64,000 bases of DNA from a virus (IMGVR_UViG_3300018411_000639:48617-112616), one strand, 5' to 3'; positions 50,729 to 60,096 are shown, counted from the stretch's first letter. Numbers and translations are program-made. The notes: generated by a model not told the origin, from the sequence alone.

Positions 50729-52551
50729 ACTCTCACTTCTCCTTTCTCTATCGTCTCGACCAACTCTGACTCTGTGAGATCAAGAATCGCTCCAATCAAA
50801 TTCGTCGCTTCCGTATAGTCTGCGAGAGAGATGAAGGAATCGTGAATGTCACTCCGGAAGCGATCTAGGATGGCTTGTGACCGGCTAGTAAGAGCTGCGA
50901 CATCATAGCTTTCTGCATCAAGGTTGACCTGAATAACGGTTAGGATATCCTGAAGTGCTCCGTGAGCATAACTATCTATTTTGTCTTTCTCGATAACTGT
51001 TTGTTTGGCTGAGCAATCCTGCAGGTACGCTTTGACTCGGTCGCTCATGTCATTCATCGCATCCCTTAACAGGCCGACGGTGATTTGTTCTGAGTTGGTC
51101 ACTTTCTTGGGTGACGTCTTGGTTCCATGCTGATTGCTCGGCTTTTGCTTGTTGTCGGTTTCCTTCGTGCCACTCGCTGCTTCCGAAGAAGAGGAGCCAC
51201 CTGAACCGACACTTGCGAGATGGGTTGCGTTAGCTTGCGTGATAAGCATCTGATGCATCTTCGCACGATCCGTAATTGGGTCTTGTCCAAGTTCGCCGCG
51301 CATTTCGTCTTCGGAAGTGGCGTTGTGTTCGAACTTGTAGATAGCGTGCGTCTCCGCTTTGATTTTCGCATCCAGGTCATTCTCTCTAAACTTGAACTCG
51401 ACTTTGTGTTCGAGGTTCAGGATTGGATCGAAGCCACCCTCCATCAAGATCTCCTTGACGATGAAGTGGTTGATGAACATTTCGATGGTCCGCTGCATCG
51501 CTTTGATGCGGTCAGACATCTCGGATGCCATGTTGTCGCCTGTACTTCTGTTGGCTGTGTTGCCACGACCAAACATGATAGCGGGGATACCCATACCACT
51601 GAAGACACGTTCCTCCAAATAGTTCAGGTAAGGCTCAGCGTTGATGACCTGATCGGTTGCGATCGGTTTGATCGTCACGCGACTGCTTGTCACAATACCG
51701 CCTTCGACTTCCATGTTATCTGCTACACCTTGCAACTCCGCGATCTCTGCCGGTGTTCCGGGAGCATCCTTGTCCCCTACTGCCATGTGGTAGAACGGGT
51801 AGATGTTGCGGTACATCATTCGGAGGACATTTTCCTCCGCTTGTCGGAGAGCGCGCACGTCGTCCAATACGGGGATCAAGAATCCCGTACCGAAAGCCGC
51901 ACCTTTCTCCCTTTTGTAATAGATGTGGACGATGTCCTCTGACTTGAAGCCGACAGTTGCGTCACTTCCCGAAACTTCTTGCTGCCAACGTTTGACTGTG
52001 CCATTCTTGTCCCTTTGGACGCTCATGGAAGTCACGTTAAGGCAGAAGTAACCTGCGACGGGATTTGAGCCGTTCAGTCCGGTCACCTTAGAGGAAGGAG
52101 GAAGCACGGATGCATCTTTGGCTCTAGCCTTTGCGATAATAGCGTTACCGTACTTCACAACGTCCTCTGCAATGTCGATCAGCAACTGACTGGTTGGGAC
52201 GCCGGTAGCTTCCGCCATGTATTCCATACGCAAACGCAAGTAGTCCACGACATTCGTGTCTTTGCCAAAGAAGTCGTATCCTTCTTTAAAGATCTGATCC
52301 ACATACTTGTCAATCCCTTGACGGATATAGGAGTCAGTGTTGTAACCGTTGTAAACAGCTGTCAGGTCGAAATCGGGGGGCTCAAACTCCGTAGTGTTTG
52401 TTGTGTCCCCCATTCGCAACCCGATCTTTTTGACTAAGCCGGTGACAAGCTGACGAGAACCCGATGCATCGCGCACCTGCGACGGCGTGTCTTCTCCGGT
52501 TAGAAAGTCACTGAAGAATGTCCGCGCAGCCCAAAGCTTGATTCGATTCAC
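50725..52551 (-). CDS. Portal protein
   Basis: YGNAII..DIVHI..FGTG.L.P..; position before the protease. Confidence 0.85.
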   Translation of the reverse strand: MNRIKLWAARTFFSDFLTGEDTPSQVRDASGSRQLVTGLVKKIGLRMGDTTNTTEFEPPDFDLTAVYNGYNTDSYIRQGIDKYVDQIFKEGYDFFGKDTNVVDYLRLRMEYMAEATGVPTSQLLIDIAEDVVKYGNAIIAKARAKDASVLPPSSKVTGLNGSNPVAGYFCLNVTSMSVQRDKNGTVKRWQQEVSGSDATVGFKSEDIVHIYYKREKGAAFGTGFLIPVLDDVRALRQAEENVLRMMYRNIYPFYHMAVGDKDAPGTPAEIAELQGVADNMEVEGGIVTSSRVTIKPIATDQVINAEPYLNYLEERVFSGMGIPAIMFGRGNTANRSTGDNMASEMSDRIKAMQRTIEMFINHFIVKEILMEGGFDPILNLEHKVEFKFRENDLDAKIKAETHAIYKFEHNATSEDEMRGELGQDPITDRAKMHQMLITQANATHLASVGSGGSSSSEAASGTKETDNKQKPSNQHGTKTSPKKVTNSEQITVGLLRDAMNDMSDRVKAYLQDCSAKQTVIEKDKIDSYAHGALQDILTVIQVNLDAESYDVAALTSRSQAILDRFRSDIHDSFISLADYTEATNLIGAILDLTESELVETIEKGEVRV

Positions 52552-52600
52552 TGGTTCACCTTGCCTTTGTCATGTTTGCCTGTTTTTACAGGCAGCCATC

Positions 52601-52816
52601 TTAGTTCGTAGTGTCTTCATCCATAAAGCCGGTTCCGGCAGTTGGGTTGTTCACGATACCCGCAGCCACAAGGACTGCTAGGAACGCGTTGGCCAACTGA
52701 TCAAAGTCGTCCTGAACAAGTTCCACACCGAATGCCTTCGCTACGAGAGGAGCAAGAGCAATGAGGGATATCCAGAATGCTTTGTTCTTCATTCTTTTTT
52801 TCAGCACATTTTTCAT
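52601..52816 (-). CDS. Holin
   Basis: RMKNKAFW, two hydrophobic helices, GIVNNPT..G..D; ATG 52816 after AAGGAG. Confidence 0.85.
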   Translation of the reverse strand: MKNVLKKRMKNKAFWISLIALAPLVAKAFGVELVQDDFDQLANAFLAVLVAAGIVNNPTAGTGFMDEDTTN

Positions 52817-52833
52817 AAGATCTCTCCTTTTCA

Positions 52834-53997
52834 CTAGACGTTCAGGTAGTCGCTATGGACAAACCCGCCGTTATCTCCAAAGTAGATATTCCACCAAGTG
52901 CCAATCTTCTTACCAAGACGAACTTTCTCGCCCTTCTTGAGTTGACCGACGATCTTAGCTGATGTATTGCCTCTGGCACGAACATTCAAGACGTCCGCGT
53001 TCACCGTGCCCCACACCTCTTTCTCTGCCGCTTTCACGGGAGAAACCGATGCAGTTCCCACTTTCAGGTATGAACCGTGAACGAATCCACCGCTATCCCC
53101 GAAGTAGATGTTCCACCAGTCACCATGTTTGCTACCAAGCTGAATTTTCTGTTCGCCTTGTAACTGACCGATGACAGCGTAGCTTGTGGAAGGACCTTGA
53201 CGGACGTTAAGATTCTCGCCTTTCGGCAGATTCACGACCGCATAGCCGCTTCCTACAGTTGCTGCCGAAACTACTTTGACTTCTTCTTTCAGCTTCAAGA
53301 TCTGTCCTGCTTTGATGAGGTTTCCGGTCAAGCCGTTGATCAACCGTAGAGAACCTACAGAGACCTTCGTTTTGGTTGCTATCCCGAAAAGCGTGTCACC
53401 TTGCTGAACCGTGTATGTGCTGCCAGATGGTGTCGGAGTTGACACATTAGAAGCTCCCGTACTGCCGGATTGAAGTTCTTTGATACGAGCTTTCAATCGC
53501 TTCTTGAAGGCGGCCCACTTTGCTTCGTCAATGTACATGATCGGACAAATCTTGCCCGTCACGTCGAAGTGACGAATGAGTGCAACGTCTGGCGCTCCCA
53601 TTTCAATAGCTTTCTTGGCTGCGAAATCAATCGTATTCTCGACAGTCTGCTCCCAGTCATTGTCTGTGTTAACGCACATCTCGAATCCGACTGTAAAATC
53701 ATTCGGACGCGTTGCGCCGCTAAGTGCGAAGGTGGACTTGGCATAAGCTGTGTACTTCGTACCGCCTGCGTGCCAAGATACCCAGCCTGCTTCAATGCAC
53801 TCCACTACTTCAGAGTCGTCAATGTTGTAATTGGCGGAAGCTCCGATTGCGGGGTGGTTCTGGAAGTAGTTCCGGTTTGCGCGGGCATTTGCGCCTTTGC
53901 TGTAGTTCGCGGTGTAGTGGAAGACGAACGCTTTCAGTGACTTGATTTTGCGCTTTGGATTGTTGTTGGTGATAGGCATTTTGATAATTGCATACAT
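52834..53997 (-). CDS. Endolysin: N-acetylmuramoyl-L-alanine amidase (Amidase_2) + LysM + two SH3b domains
   Basis: VFHYTA..SWHAG..GFEMC..RHFDVTGKICP; YTVQQGDTL (LysM); LNVR..WWNI twice. Confidence 0.92.
   Translation of the reverse strand: MYAIIKMPITNNNPKRKIKSLKAFVFHYTANYSKGANARANRNYFQNHPAIGASANYNIDDSEVVECIEAGWVSWHAGGTKYTAYAKSTFALSGATRPNDFTVGFEMCVNTDNDWEQTVENTIDFAAKKAIEMGAPDVALIRHFDVTGKICPIMYIDEAKWAAFKKRLKARIKELQSGSTGASNVSTPTPSGSTYTVQQGDTLFGIATKTKVSVGSLRLINGLTGNLIKAGQILKLKEEVKVVSAATVGSGYAVVNLPKGENLNVRQGPSTSYAVIGQLQGEQKIQLGSKHGDWWNIYFGDSGGFVHGSYLKVGTASVSPVKAAEKEVWGTVNADVLNVRARGNTSAKIVGQLKKGEKVRLGKKIGTWWNIYFGDNGGFVHSDYLNV
53430..53445 (+). promoter_or_regulatory. 16-bp box (15/16) inside the endolysin linker
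   Basis: GTGTCGGAGTTGACAC. Confidence 0.7.
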
Positions 53998-54025
53998 GTA
54001 CCTGGACCCCTTTCCTCGGCCAAAG

Positions 54026-54041
54026 GTGTCGGAAATGACAC
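54026..54041 (+). promoter_or_regulatory. 16-bp box just downstream of the predicted endolysin transcription start
   Basis: GTGTCGGAAATGACAC within AAAGGTGTC-N6-GACACCTTT. Confidence 0.8.
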
Positions 54042-54050
54042 CTTTCAGCC

Positions 54051-54079
54051 ATTATAGCATACTGCTTTTTGCAGTGCAA
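54051..54079 (-). promoter_or_regulatory. SigA-type promoter of endolysin-holin
   Basis: TTGCAC-17 bp-TATAAT with extended -10 TG. Confidence 0.75.
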
Positions 54080-54199
54080 AACAGCCTCCGTTGAGCGAAT
54101 GATCGCCCTTCCGCTCTGACCCCTCTAAGAGAGAGCATAAGCGAATAGGAGGCGTCCAACTCCCTACAACTTCAATATACGCAAAGTTCATTCGGATTG

Positions 54200-55222
54200 T
54201 TACACAAGCGATCCATAAATCTTCCTGTAATAATCCTTCTCCTCTAACGTCTTCAGGTAACTGTCACGGTATATCGTCTGGGAAATGGATGCTTTCGTAA
54301 GTTCCACCATCTCAGTCAGCAGCCCTTCTCTTGCGACAGAAACGGCCTTGCTTAGGATACCGGAGCGTTGCAGAGAGGCGTGATCGAGCGTGTCCTTCGC
54401 AAGCAACATGCGGTTTACTTCGTTTCGTTTTTCGACCAGCTGATAGATGGACCGAGGTAAAACTTGCTGCTTCGTCTGGCGGGCGACACCCTCTTGGTCG
54501 GACAAGTTCTTTTCGTTCACATCCCGGAAGAGCGTAACGATTGTATCATCCACGGCCAGAGTCTTTGTTACGGGCGAGTAAAACGAGGCGTCCGTTACAA
54601 GAGAAGCTAGCTCCTTCGTGTAACTGGAGAGAACTTGACTGTATCCGGTTATCGTCTTACCTAGAACCGCATCCACGCTCAACGCAAGATAGTTAACCTT
54701 GGGGCTGTCTTCTTCTTTCTCGAACTCCAGGAGGCGACTCTCGTATGCCTGATCCTTTGCTACCGCCTGCTCCTTGGTGATGTTCTCGTCACCATAAAAG
54801 AGCGTTGACTGGATTCGTTTCAACTCCCGCAATTCCTTTACGGCTCCAAAAATCGCTTGATGGGCTTCAACTGCCGTCTTGCCTTCGATGTTGTCCCTGT
54901 GCGCTTCCACGTAAGGGATGGCTGATGCGAGATCACCTTGCGAAAGAGCTGTTTTGTAGGATTCAAAGGACATCCCTTCAATCGAATCGTCTGCTAAAGT
55001 TTTGGCCAGAAAGGAGAGGATCGTTTCAGCGTCATCGAGCGTGCTCATCAGAGCCATCAATGTACTGGACGGTTTGTTCTGTAAAAAGGATGCCAGAGCG
55101 CTTGTTGCTTTGGATGCAACTTCTTCCGGAGAAGATGCCGTGTCCGTTCTCACGCTCTTTTGCTGTTCCAGTGACGGCCTGTAGGCGATCACCTCAGCAT
55201 CTTGAAATAATTGTCTGTCCAC
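54200..55222 (-). CDS. Hypothetical helical protein
   Basis: 340 aa; GTG start after GGAGAGG; follows the terminase. Confidence 0.7.
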   Translation of the reverse strand: MDRQLFQDAEVIAYRPSLEQQKSVRTDTASSPEEVASKATSALASFLQNKPSSTLMALMSTLDDAETILSFLAKTLADDSIEGMSFESYKTALSQGDLASAIPYVEAHRDNIEGKTAVEAHQAIFGAVKELRELKRIQSTLFYGDENITKEQAVAKDQAYESRLLEFEKEEDSPKVNYLALSVDAVLGKTITGYSQVLSSYTKELASLVTDASFYSPVTKTLAVDDTIVTLFRDVNEKNLSDQEGVARQTKQQVLPRSIYQLVEKRNEVNRMLLAKDTLDHASLQRSGILSKAVSVAREGLLTEMVELTKASISQTIYRDSYLKTLEEKDYYRKIYGSLV

Positions 55223-55233
55223 AGTACCTCTCC

Positions 55234-57129
55234 TTAGAAGCTTGCACGGGCAAACCCGCGAGCCTGTCTTTGTTCTCTTGCGACATGATTCTTACCTCTT
55301 CCCGCGATCGTTCCAACATAAGCGTCTTGCCCACCTGCTTTAAACATCTGGGCCGGTTTTTGCTTGGTTTCGATTGACCTTGTTCGGATGTTATCTTGCT
55401 GTGCCAGTCCATCGAAGAACATGACTTTTGTCGCAATCACCTGACGCAAGAGTTCGCCGTACTTCTGTTCGAAGATCAACAGGCATAGGTTCATGGCGTC
55501 AATGGCGTGTTCGTTGTCGGATGAGAATGTCGGCAGCCCGTTTGTCGAGATGGACTGGATGCGGTAGCCTTCTAACTGCTCCGTCATCGTGCGGTCATTC
55601 GGATTCAGGATGATCTTGTTCTTCTCGAACAGGTTGACGGAATTGTTTACCATGAACGGCTTCATGGCTTTCTTGTCTTTCTTCATCGTGTAAGGGTCAC
55701 GAACCTCGATCTTTTCAGAGAACTGATAGCCGACAACCTTCTCGGCCAGACCTGTGTTCGGGTTCTCGATCCCGTGCTTATGAAGCAATTCCAGTTGTGT
55801 CTCTCCGTACCCTCGGTCAACCGCAATCCAGTCAAAGTCGAACTGTTGGTTCAGCTCAATGATCTTGTTGATGGCATTGACGTAAGTGAACTCGGAACGG
55901 GGAATCTCAACCCTAAAGAGCACCTTGAACGTAGGCATTAGGCGGCCTTCTTTATCTCGATGATACTTGTCCAACTGAACACAGACCATATTGGTAGCGG
56001 CCGAGTACTTGTCCCAGTCCACGCCCAGAATTCTTGGACCTGTACGAGGAAGGCGAATGAATTCGTCAATCTCATTAGGTGTTAAGTCAAGGATGTATTT
56101 GTGATCAATACGACGACCCTCTTCGATAGCAGCCTCGATGTATTTCTTCTGATAAACGCCCATCTCTTCTTCACCGAACTCTGCCATAACCTCTTGCAGG
56201 TATCTCATTTCCGATAACTCGTCCTTGATGTCCTGTAGGTAAGTCTGCTCTGTATCCGGGTTCTGTTTCAGCAACTCTCTGTTTACGACAGAAGGCGCGC
56301 AGATCTCTATCCAACCATTTCCACGCTTGTTCTCTTGTATCTGGTAGCCATTGAACTCGAAGTTGTCGATGTCCTTTTTCAGAGGAGCATACTTAACCGA
56401 GGCATTCGTACACCAACGATAATACTCTTCGTGTTTCCCTGAAGGCGTGGATGCGGCGATAACTTTGATTCGCTCCGGTGCCTCGTTTCGGATATTGATG
56501 ATGTTGGTCAGGTTTGCGGATCCGATATAGTCGGCTTCGTCAAAGATAATGACATCGGCACGAAGTCCACGGGTATTAGCTGCACCTGAACCGGAACCTG
56601 CTCCTGCTGTGATACCTGTAATCTTGGCACCATTGGAAAGCTGAATGCGGTGATACACGTTACGGGACACCATGTCTTGCAACAAAGGTGAGCCGGCAAT
56701 CAGTTGTTTGAGGCGGTCGAAAATCAGATCCACCTGTGTTTCGTATGGCCCGATAACCAGAACGTCGTACTGCTCATTGGGTCCTTTGTTGATTTGAGTG
56801 TAAGCATACCAGAGCATCAGCACGCACATCGTATCTGTCTTCCCAAGACGCCGACCCAAACGAAGAACAATCTTCTTCCCCTTTTTCGCATTGGCCATGA
56901 TCGACAGCTGATAATCCCGCGCTTCCCAATCCAGATAGACTTTCGCCCATAGCGTCGGATTGTTGACGACAATGAACTCCAGAGCCTCTGCTCGAGAAAC
57001 ACCTGTCTGCGTAACGACATGGCACAGGCGAGGGATGATACTCTTGTCGAGATGCTGAATCTCCTTGATTACTACATCAATCTGCTTGTCATCCAGTTGA
57101 CTAATACTATAGGCAGCTTTTACGGCCAT
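55234..57129 (-). CDS. terL: Terminase large subunit
   Basis: Walker A GRRLGKT, Walker B IIFDE, motif III ASTP, nuclease GVDW..AVD..HAIDA. Confidence 0.93.
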   Translation of the reverse strand: MAVKAAYSISQLDDKQIDVVIKEIQHLDKSIIPRLCHVVTQTGVSRAEALEFIVVNNPTLWAKVYLDWEARDYQLSIMANAKKGKKIVLRLGRRLGKTDTMCVLMLWYAYTQINKGPNEQYDVLVIGPYETQVDLIFDRLKQLIAGSPLLQDMVSRNVYHRIQLSNGAKITGITAGAGSGSGAANTRGLRADVIIFDEADYIGSANLTNIINIRNEAPERIKVIAASTPSGKHEEYYRWCTNASVKYAPLKKDIDNFEFNGYQIQENKRGNGWIEICAPSVVNRELLKQNPDTEQTYLQDIKDELSEMRYLQEVMAEFGEEEMGVYQKKYIEAAIEEGRRIDHKYILDLTPNEIDEFIRLPRTGPRILGVDWDKYSAATNMVCVQLDKYHRDKEGRLMPTFKVLFRVEIPRSEFTYVNAINKIIELNQQFDFDWIAVDRGYGETQLELLHKHGIENPNTGLAEKVVGYQFSEKIEVRDPYTMKKDKKAMKPFMVNNSVNLFEKNKIILNPNDRTMTEQLEGYRIQSISTNGLPTFSSDNEHAIDAMNLCLLIFEQKYGELLRQVIATKVMFFDGLAQQDNIRTRSIETKQKPAQMFKAGGQDAYVGTIAGRGKNHVAREQRQARGFARASF

Positions 57130-57527
57130 TAACCTAGCCCCCTATAGTAGGAACGCGCTTCGCTCCCCAACACAGAGCGAGCATTCATCCCATTCTGTTG
57201 GATTGCCTGAAGTCCTCGTTGCCTCATCGTTGCAGCGTTACTGGAGTCACGGAAGTTTCCACCGAAATTAGCCTTGTAATGTCTGGACTGTGTGGCGGCT
57301 GTTTCTCTTCCTGCTGCATTTACGGCACCAAAAGCGGCACCGGCAATATCTTTCGCCATAAAAGCGAATCCTACCGGGCCGGGGAGAAGCTCAAATAGAG
57401 CATACTCTCCGACTGCTTTTCCGATAGAATAGGCGGCCCCGTGTCCTTGGCTCTTGGAGTCCTTGTAGGATGCGACTCCGCCGAGTATATTCCCTCCTTC
57501 AAAGAGGGCTGTTTTTACAAAACCCAT
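57129..57527 (-). CDS. Small Gly/Ala-rich protein (possible internal virion protein)
   Basis: 132 aa; hydrophobic centre; AATMRQRGLQAIQ. Confidence 0.6.
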   Translation of the reverse strand: MGFVKTALFEGGNILGGVASYKDSKSQGHGAAYSIGKAVGEYALFELLPGPVGFAFMAKDIAGAAFGAVNAAGRETAATQSRHYKANFGGNFRDSSNAATMRQRGLQAIQQNGMNARSVLGSEARSYYRGLG

Positions 57528-57541
57528 CGGGCGTCACCTCG

Positions 57542-57949
57542 TTATCTTAGATTATGCAGAGCAAAGACCAAGTCTCCCTCTGCTCCGTATGTGTTTCGTG
57601 TTACTTTTTTGAACATCCGATCCTGTTCCTCTTGAAAGGCTTTCGGGTCCGTCTCGGCTAGTTGCATCGTTTTGTCCAACAGAGGGGAACGCGTGAAGCT
57701 GACCATGTTCGCAAGTTCGTCCGACTGAATCGTTCCAAGCTTGTTCCTGTTCTGGGTACGGAGCGCTTCAGGGATCACCGTCGCGGCAGTAGATACACCA
57801 ATCGCCGTAGCTGCGACGGGAGTCGAGAAGCGGTACGGAATGACCTTCTGAAAGACGCTCTCGGCTCCGTCCATCGCCTCGTCATCGAGTTTAGTGAACG
57901 CCTTTCCGAGAACCTTTTTAGCAAACCTGCCTGTACTTTTAACACTCAT
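57542..57949 (-). CDS. Small protein with hydrophobic Ala-rich segment
   Basis: 135 aa; ends GAEGDLVFALHNLR. Confidence 0.65.
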   Translation of the reverse strand: MSVKSTGRFAKKVLGKAFTKLDDEAMDGAESVFQKVIPYRFSTPVAATAIGVSTAATVIPEALRTQNRNKLGTIQSDELANMVSFTRSPLLDKTMQLAETDPKAFQEEQDRMFKKVTRNTYGAEGDLVFALHNLR

Positions 57950-57960
57950 TCCTTAGCCTC

Positions 57961-58548
57961 CTAAAAGAACGGAAGTCCTGCGATATCCCGCTCACCTTGA
58001 TTGTTGTAACCTACCGATCCGCCAGTAAGAGATCGACCGATAAAGTTAGCCCCCATATAAGCTCCGGCGGTAGCTCCTGCGCGGATGGCGTTCGTCTTTT
58101 TGCTGCCACTGCGGTAGTACCCTGCCGTAGCACTACCGAACGTCGCAAGGTTTCCCCCAAGTGTGTCGTCTTTACCCTTTATGTCGCGCAAAGCCCCGAA
58201 GTTTTCTCCGACTCCTTTGCCTTTCATGTTCTCGACAGCTGCCTTTTGCCTAGTCCAATCGCCGTCGTACATTTCTTTGTTGTCCTGATACCAGTTGCTG
58301 ACAGATTGAGCTTTGTCGATGTCTTTCTTGGCTTTGCCTTCGAACTGCTTAGCGAAGCCCTCATCGTCCATCAGATTCTTGAATTGTCTACTGACATCGC
58401 TTTTGCTTGCCTTTCCTTCGGCGATGGAGCTGGCTGTTTTTATGAAGCTGTCCGTCTGGTTGAATATTTTCTGACCTCCGCGCTGAATCGCCTCATTGCT
58501 ACCTAAGACCGTGCGGCCTAAGCCTTTCATACTTTTCATAAAGCTCAT
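57961..58548 (-). CDS. Gly/Ala-rich protein (possible internal virion protein)
   Basis: 195 aa; AGATAGAYMGANFIGR..DIAGLPFF. Confidence 0.65.
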   Translation of the reverse strand: MSFMKSMKGLGRTVLGSNEAIQRGGQKIFNQTDSFIKTASSIAEGKASKSDVSRQFKNLMDDEGFAKQFEGKAKKDIDKAQSVSNWYQDNKEMYDGDWTRQKAAVENMKGKGVGENFGALRDIKGKDDTLGGNLATFGSATAGYYRSGSKKTNAIRAGATAGAYMGANFIGRSLTGGSVGYNNQGERDIAGLPFF

Positions 58549-58550
58549 TT

Positions 58551-59333
58551 TTATTCTTCCCCTTTCGTTGGTCCTAAGTTTTCGTCCGGTTCCATCTCGA
58601 TAATCTCTCCATCAAAGGTGAGTTCGTCGATGTCCGGCATAAGCTCGGCCACTTTCTTGAATATACTTACGGCTCTCTCGGACGGATTCATTGCTCCGCC
58701 TGACCCACTTCTGTCTTTGCGGGTCGAGTTCAACAGGTTGAAGATCTTGTACCTCTTTTCCTGCAGGTGATTCTTATACTCTGCTTCAGGGGATACCGTG
58801 TCCTCGTAATACACCTTGCCGCGGTTGTCTATCTCTGCGATTGTCTTAGAGATGAATCCGGCATTGATGGCTACAAGGTTCTCTGCACGAAGCATCATGA
58901 TTTCGTTCTCGACCAGATCCCGTATCAAAGAAGCATCAACCAAGTCTTCGTCCAGGATCGCTTCTCCGGTTATGTCAATCTCAAAGTGACGGCACCAAGA
59001 TTCGTAGCGCGCAATAACGGCACCGGCCTCCATCGGACAACGCTGACCGACAATGCGGAACGCTGGGTTGATGATACACACCTCTGCGAAAGGACAGTCC
59101 GGACCTTTACAGATGATCGGAACCCCTGCGAACATACCGTGCTTGATCTTGTAAACCTGCGAAGCCTCTTGCGCTACTTGAATCATGGCCGGATGCATCC
59201 CCCACATCCGTTCCATGATATTGCCCGAGTTGACTGTCGGAGCGTTCCCTGTCGTCAGGTGAGAAGATGGACCTGCAGGCGACAGCTCACTTACTTCATT
59301 TCCGTCTATTTCTTCATTCATATTTTTCACCAC
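58551..59333 (-). CDS. Cys-motif protein, candidate terminase small subunit
   Basis: C-x4-C-x5-C..C cluster; upstream of terL; function inferred from position only; start may be ATG 59321. Confidence 0.4.
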   Translation of the reverse strand: MVKNMNEEIDGNEVSELSPAGPSSHLTTGNAPTVNSGNIMERMWGMHPAMIQVAQEASQVYKIKHGMFAGVPIICKGPDCPFAEVCIINPAFRIVGQRCPMEAGAVIARYESWCRHFEIDITGEAILDEDLVDASLIRDLVENEIMMLRAENLVAINAGFISKTIAEIDNRGKVYYEDTVSPEAEYKNHLQEKRYKIFNLLNSTRKDRSGSGGAMNPSERAVSIFKKVAELMPDIDELTFDGEIIEMEPDENLGPTKGEE

Positions 59334-59524
59334 CCTTCGATGCTCTTGGCGCCTTTGTTCGTAAATTCTTTGGATGAATCGAAGCCGTAAGCGATCTTGC
59401 TCTTCATACGCTGATAGAGAGCGTCGTTCGTCTGTACGCCTTGATTGCCTGTCATGATAACCTTGCCGTAAATACTATGTTCGTTTGCTTCTGCGTTGGC
59501 TCGAAGCCCTGCCGGAGTTCGCAT
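59327..59524 (-). CDS. 65-aa hypothetical protein, first gene of the packaging run
   Basis: AAAGAGGTG RBS; its stop overlaps the next gene's start region. Confidence 0.6.
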   Translation of the reverse strand: MRTPAGLRANAEANEHSIYGKVIMTGNQGVQTNDALYQRMKSKIAYGFDSSKEFTNKGAKSIEGW

Positions 59525-59565
59525 CGAAACACCTCTTTCTGTTGTACTGTCTGTGCTGACTCCAA

Positions 59566-59635
59566 TCCAAACCCATCGAATTCGAGGGGGTTAAACAGGC
59601 CCCACTCCAAACTGGTCGAATTCGACCAGTTTAAA
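59566..59635. repeat. Two palindromic direct repeats with a 40-bp period
   Basis: TCCAAACCCA-TCGAATTCGA-GGGGGTTAAA and TCCAAACTGG-TCGAATTCGA-CCAGTTTAAA. Confidence 0.8.
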
Positions 59636-59659
59636 AACTTCCTGTTATTTTTGTCTATA

Positions 59660-59800
59660 CGAAAACCGGGCCACACAAGGGAGATGGGGTGTGGCCCGGT
59701 TTAGGTGAGAGGAATGTAGGTAGTCGTATTGCGGGTACGACTTCCGGGATAAGGAGGTAAAGAGTTGGAATTGAAAGGTGAATTTCCATTCGACCCTTCA
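59660..59800 (-). ncRNA. Candidate sRNA with C-rich anti-SD segments
   Basis: Weak promoter TTACAA-17-TATATC; three hairpins, the last a 14-bp terminator-like stem; single-stranded ACCUCCUU. Confidence 0.4.
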
Positions 59801-59835
59801 CTTACGATATACGGTTCAACCTCTGCCTTTGTAAC

Positions 59836-60096
59836 TTACTTGCGCTTGCTCTCGCAGTCAGGACAGGTGGTCTTCCTGCGTTCTTTACGGCGGATCGTAA
59901 TAGACTTCAAGCACGTATTGCACTCATAGACTTTGTCTTTCTTATTTTGCAGATTAGCTCGAGGGATGTCGTGCTCCAAACGGGTACGATTAACCGTTGC
60001 GCGCGAGCAGCCGATGATGTCTGCGATTTCGTTGTCGTTCAGTCCTTCTTCAGAACTCAACCGTTCAATCTCTTTTACTATAAAGCTGATAGCCAT
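59836..60096 (-). CDS. HTH + zinc-ribbon transcription regulator
   Basis: GLNDNEIADIIGCSRATVNR helix-turn-helix; CNTC..CPDC. Confidence 0.8.
   Translation of the reverse strand: MAISFIVKEIERLSSEEGLNDNEIADIIGCSRATVNRTRLEHDIPRANLQNKKDKVYECNTCLKSITIRRKERRKTTCPDCESKRK

Noticed and set aside
17401-56214. Weak extra matches to the 16-bp box near 17401 and 56203
   Set aside because: Four or more mismatches that break an arm; compatible with chance
55234-57129. Intein or intron in the terminase
   Set aside because: Continuous ORF of ordinary length; no splice-junction or homing-endonuclease motifs seen
339-59390. Numerous long plus-strand ORFs (e.g. 339..1157, 5218..6312, 26139..26939, 51220..51942)
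   Set aside because: Antisense shadows of well-supported minus-strand genes; no recognisable motifs
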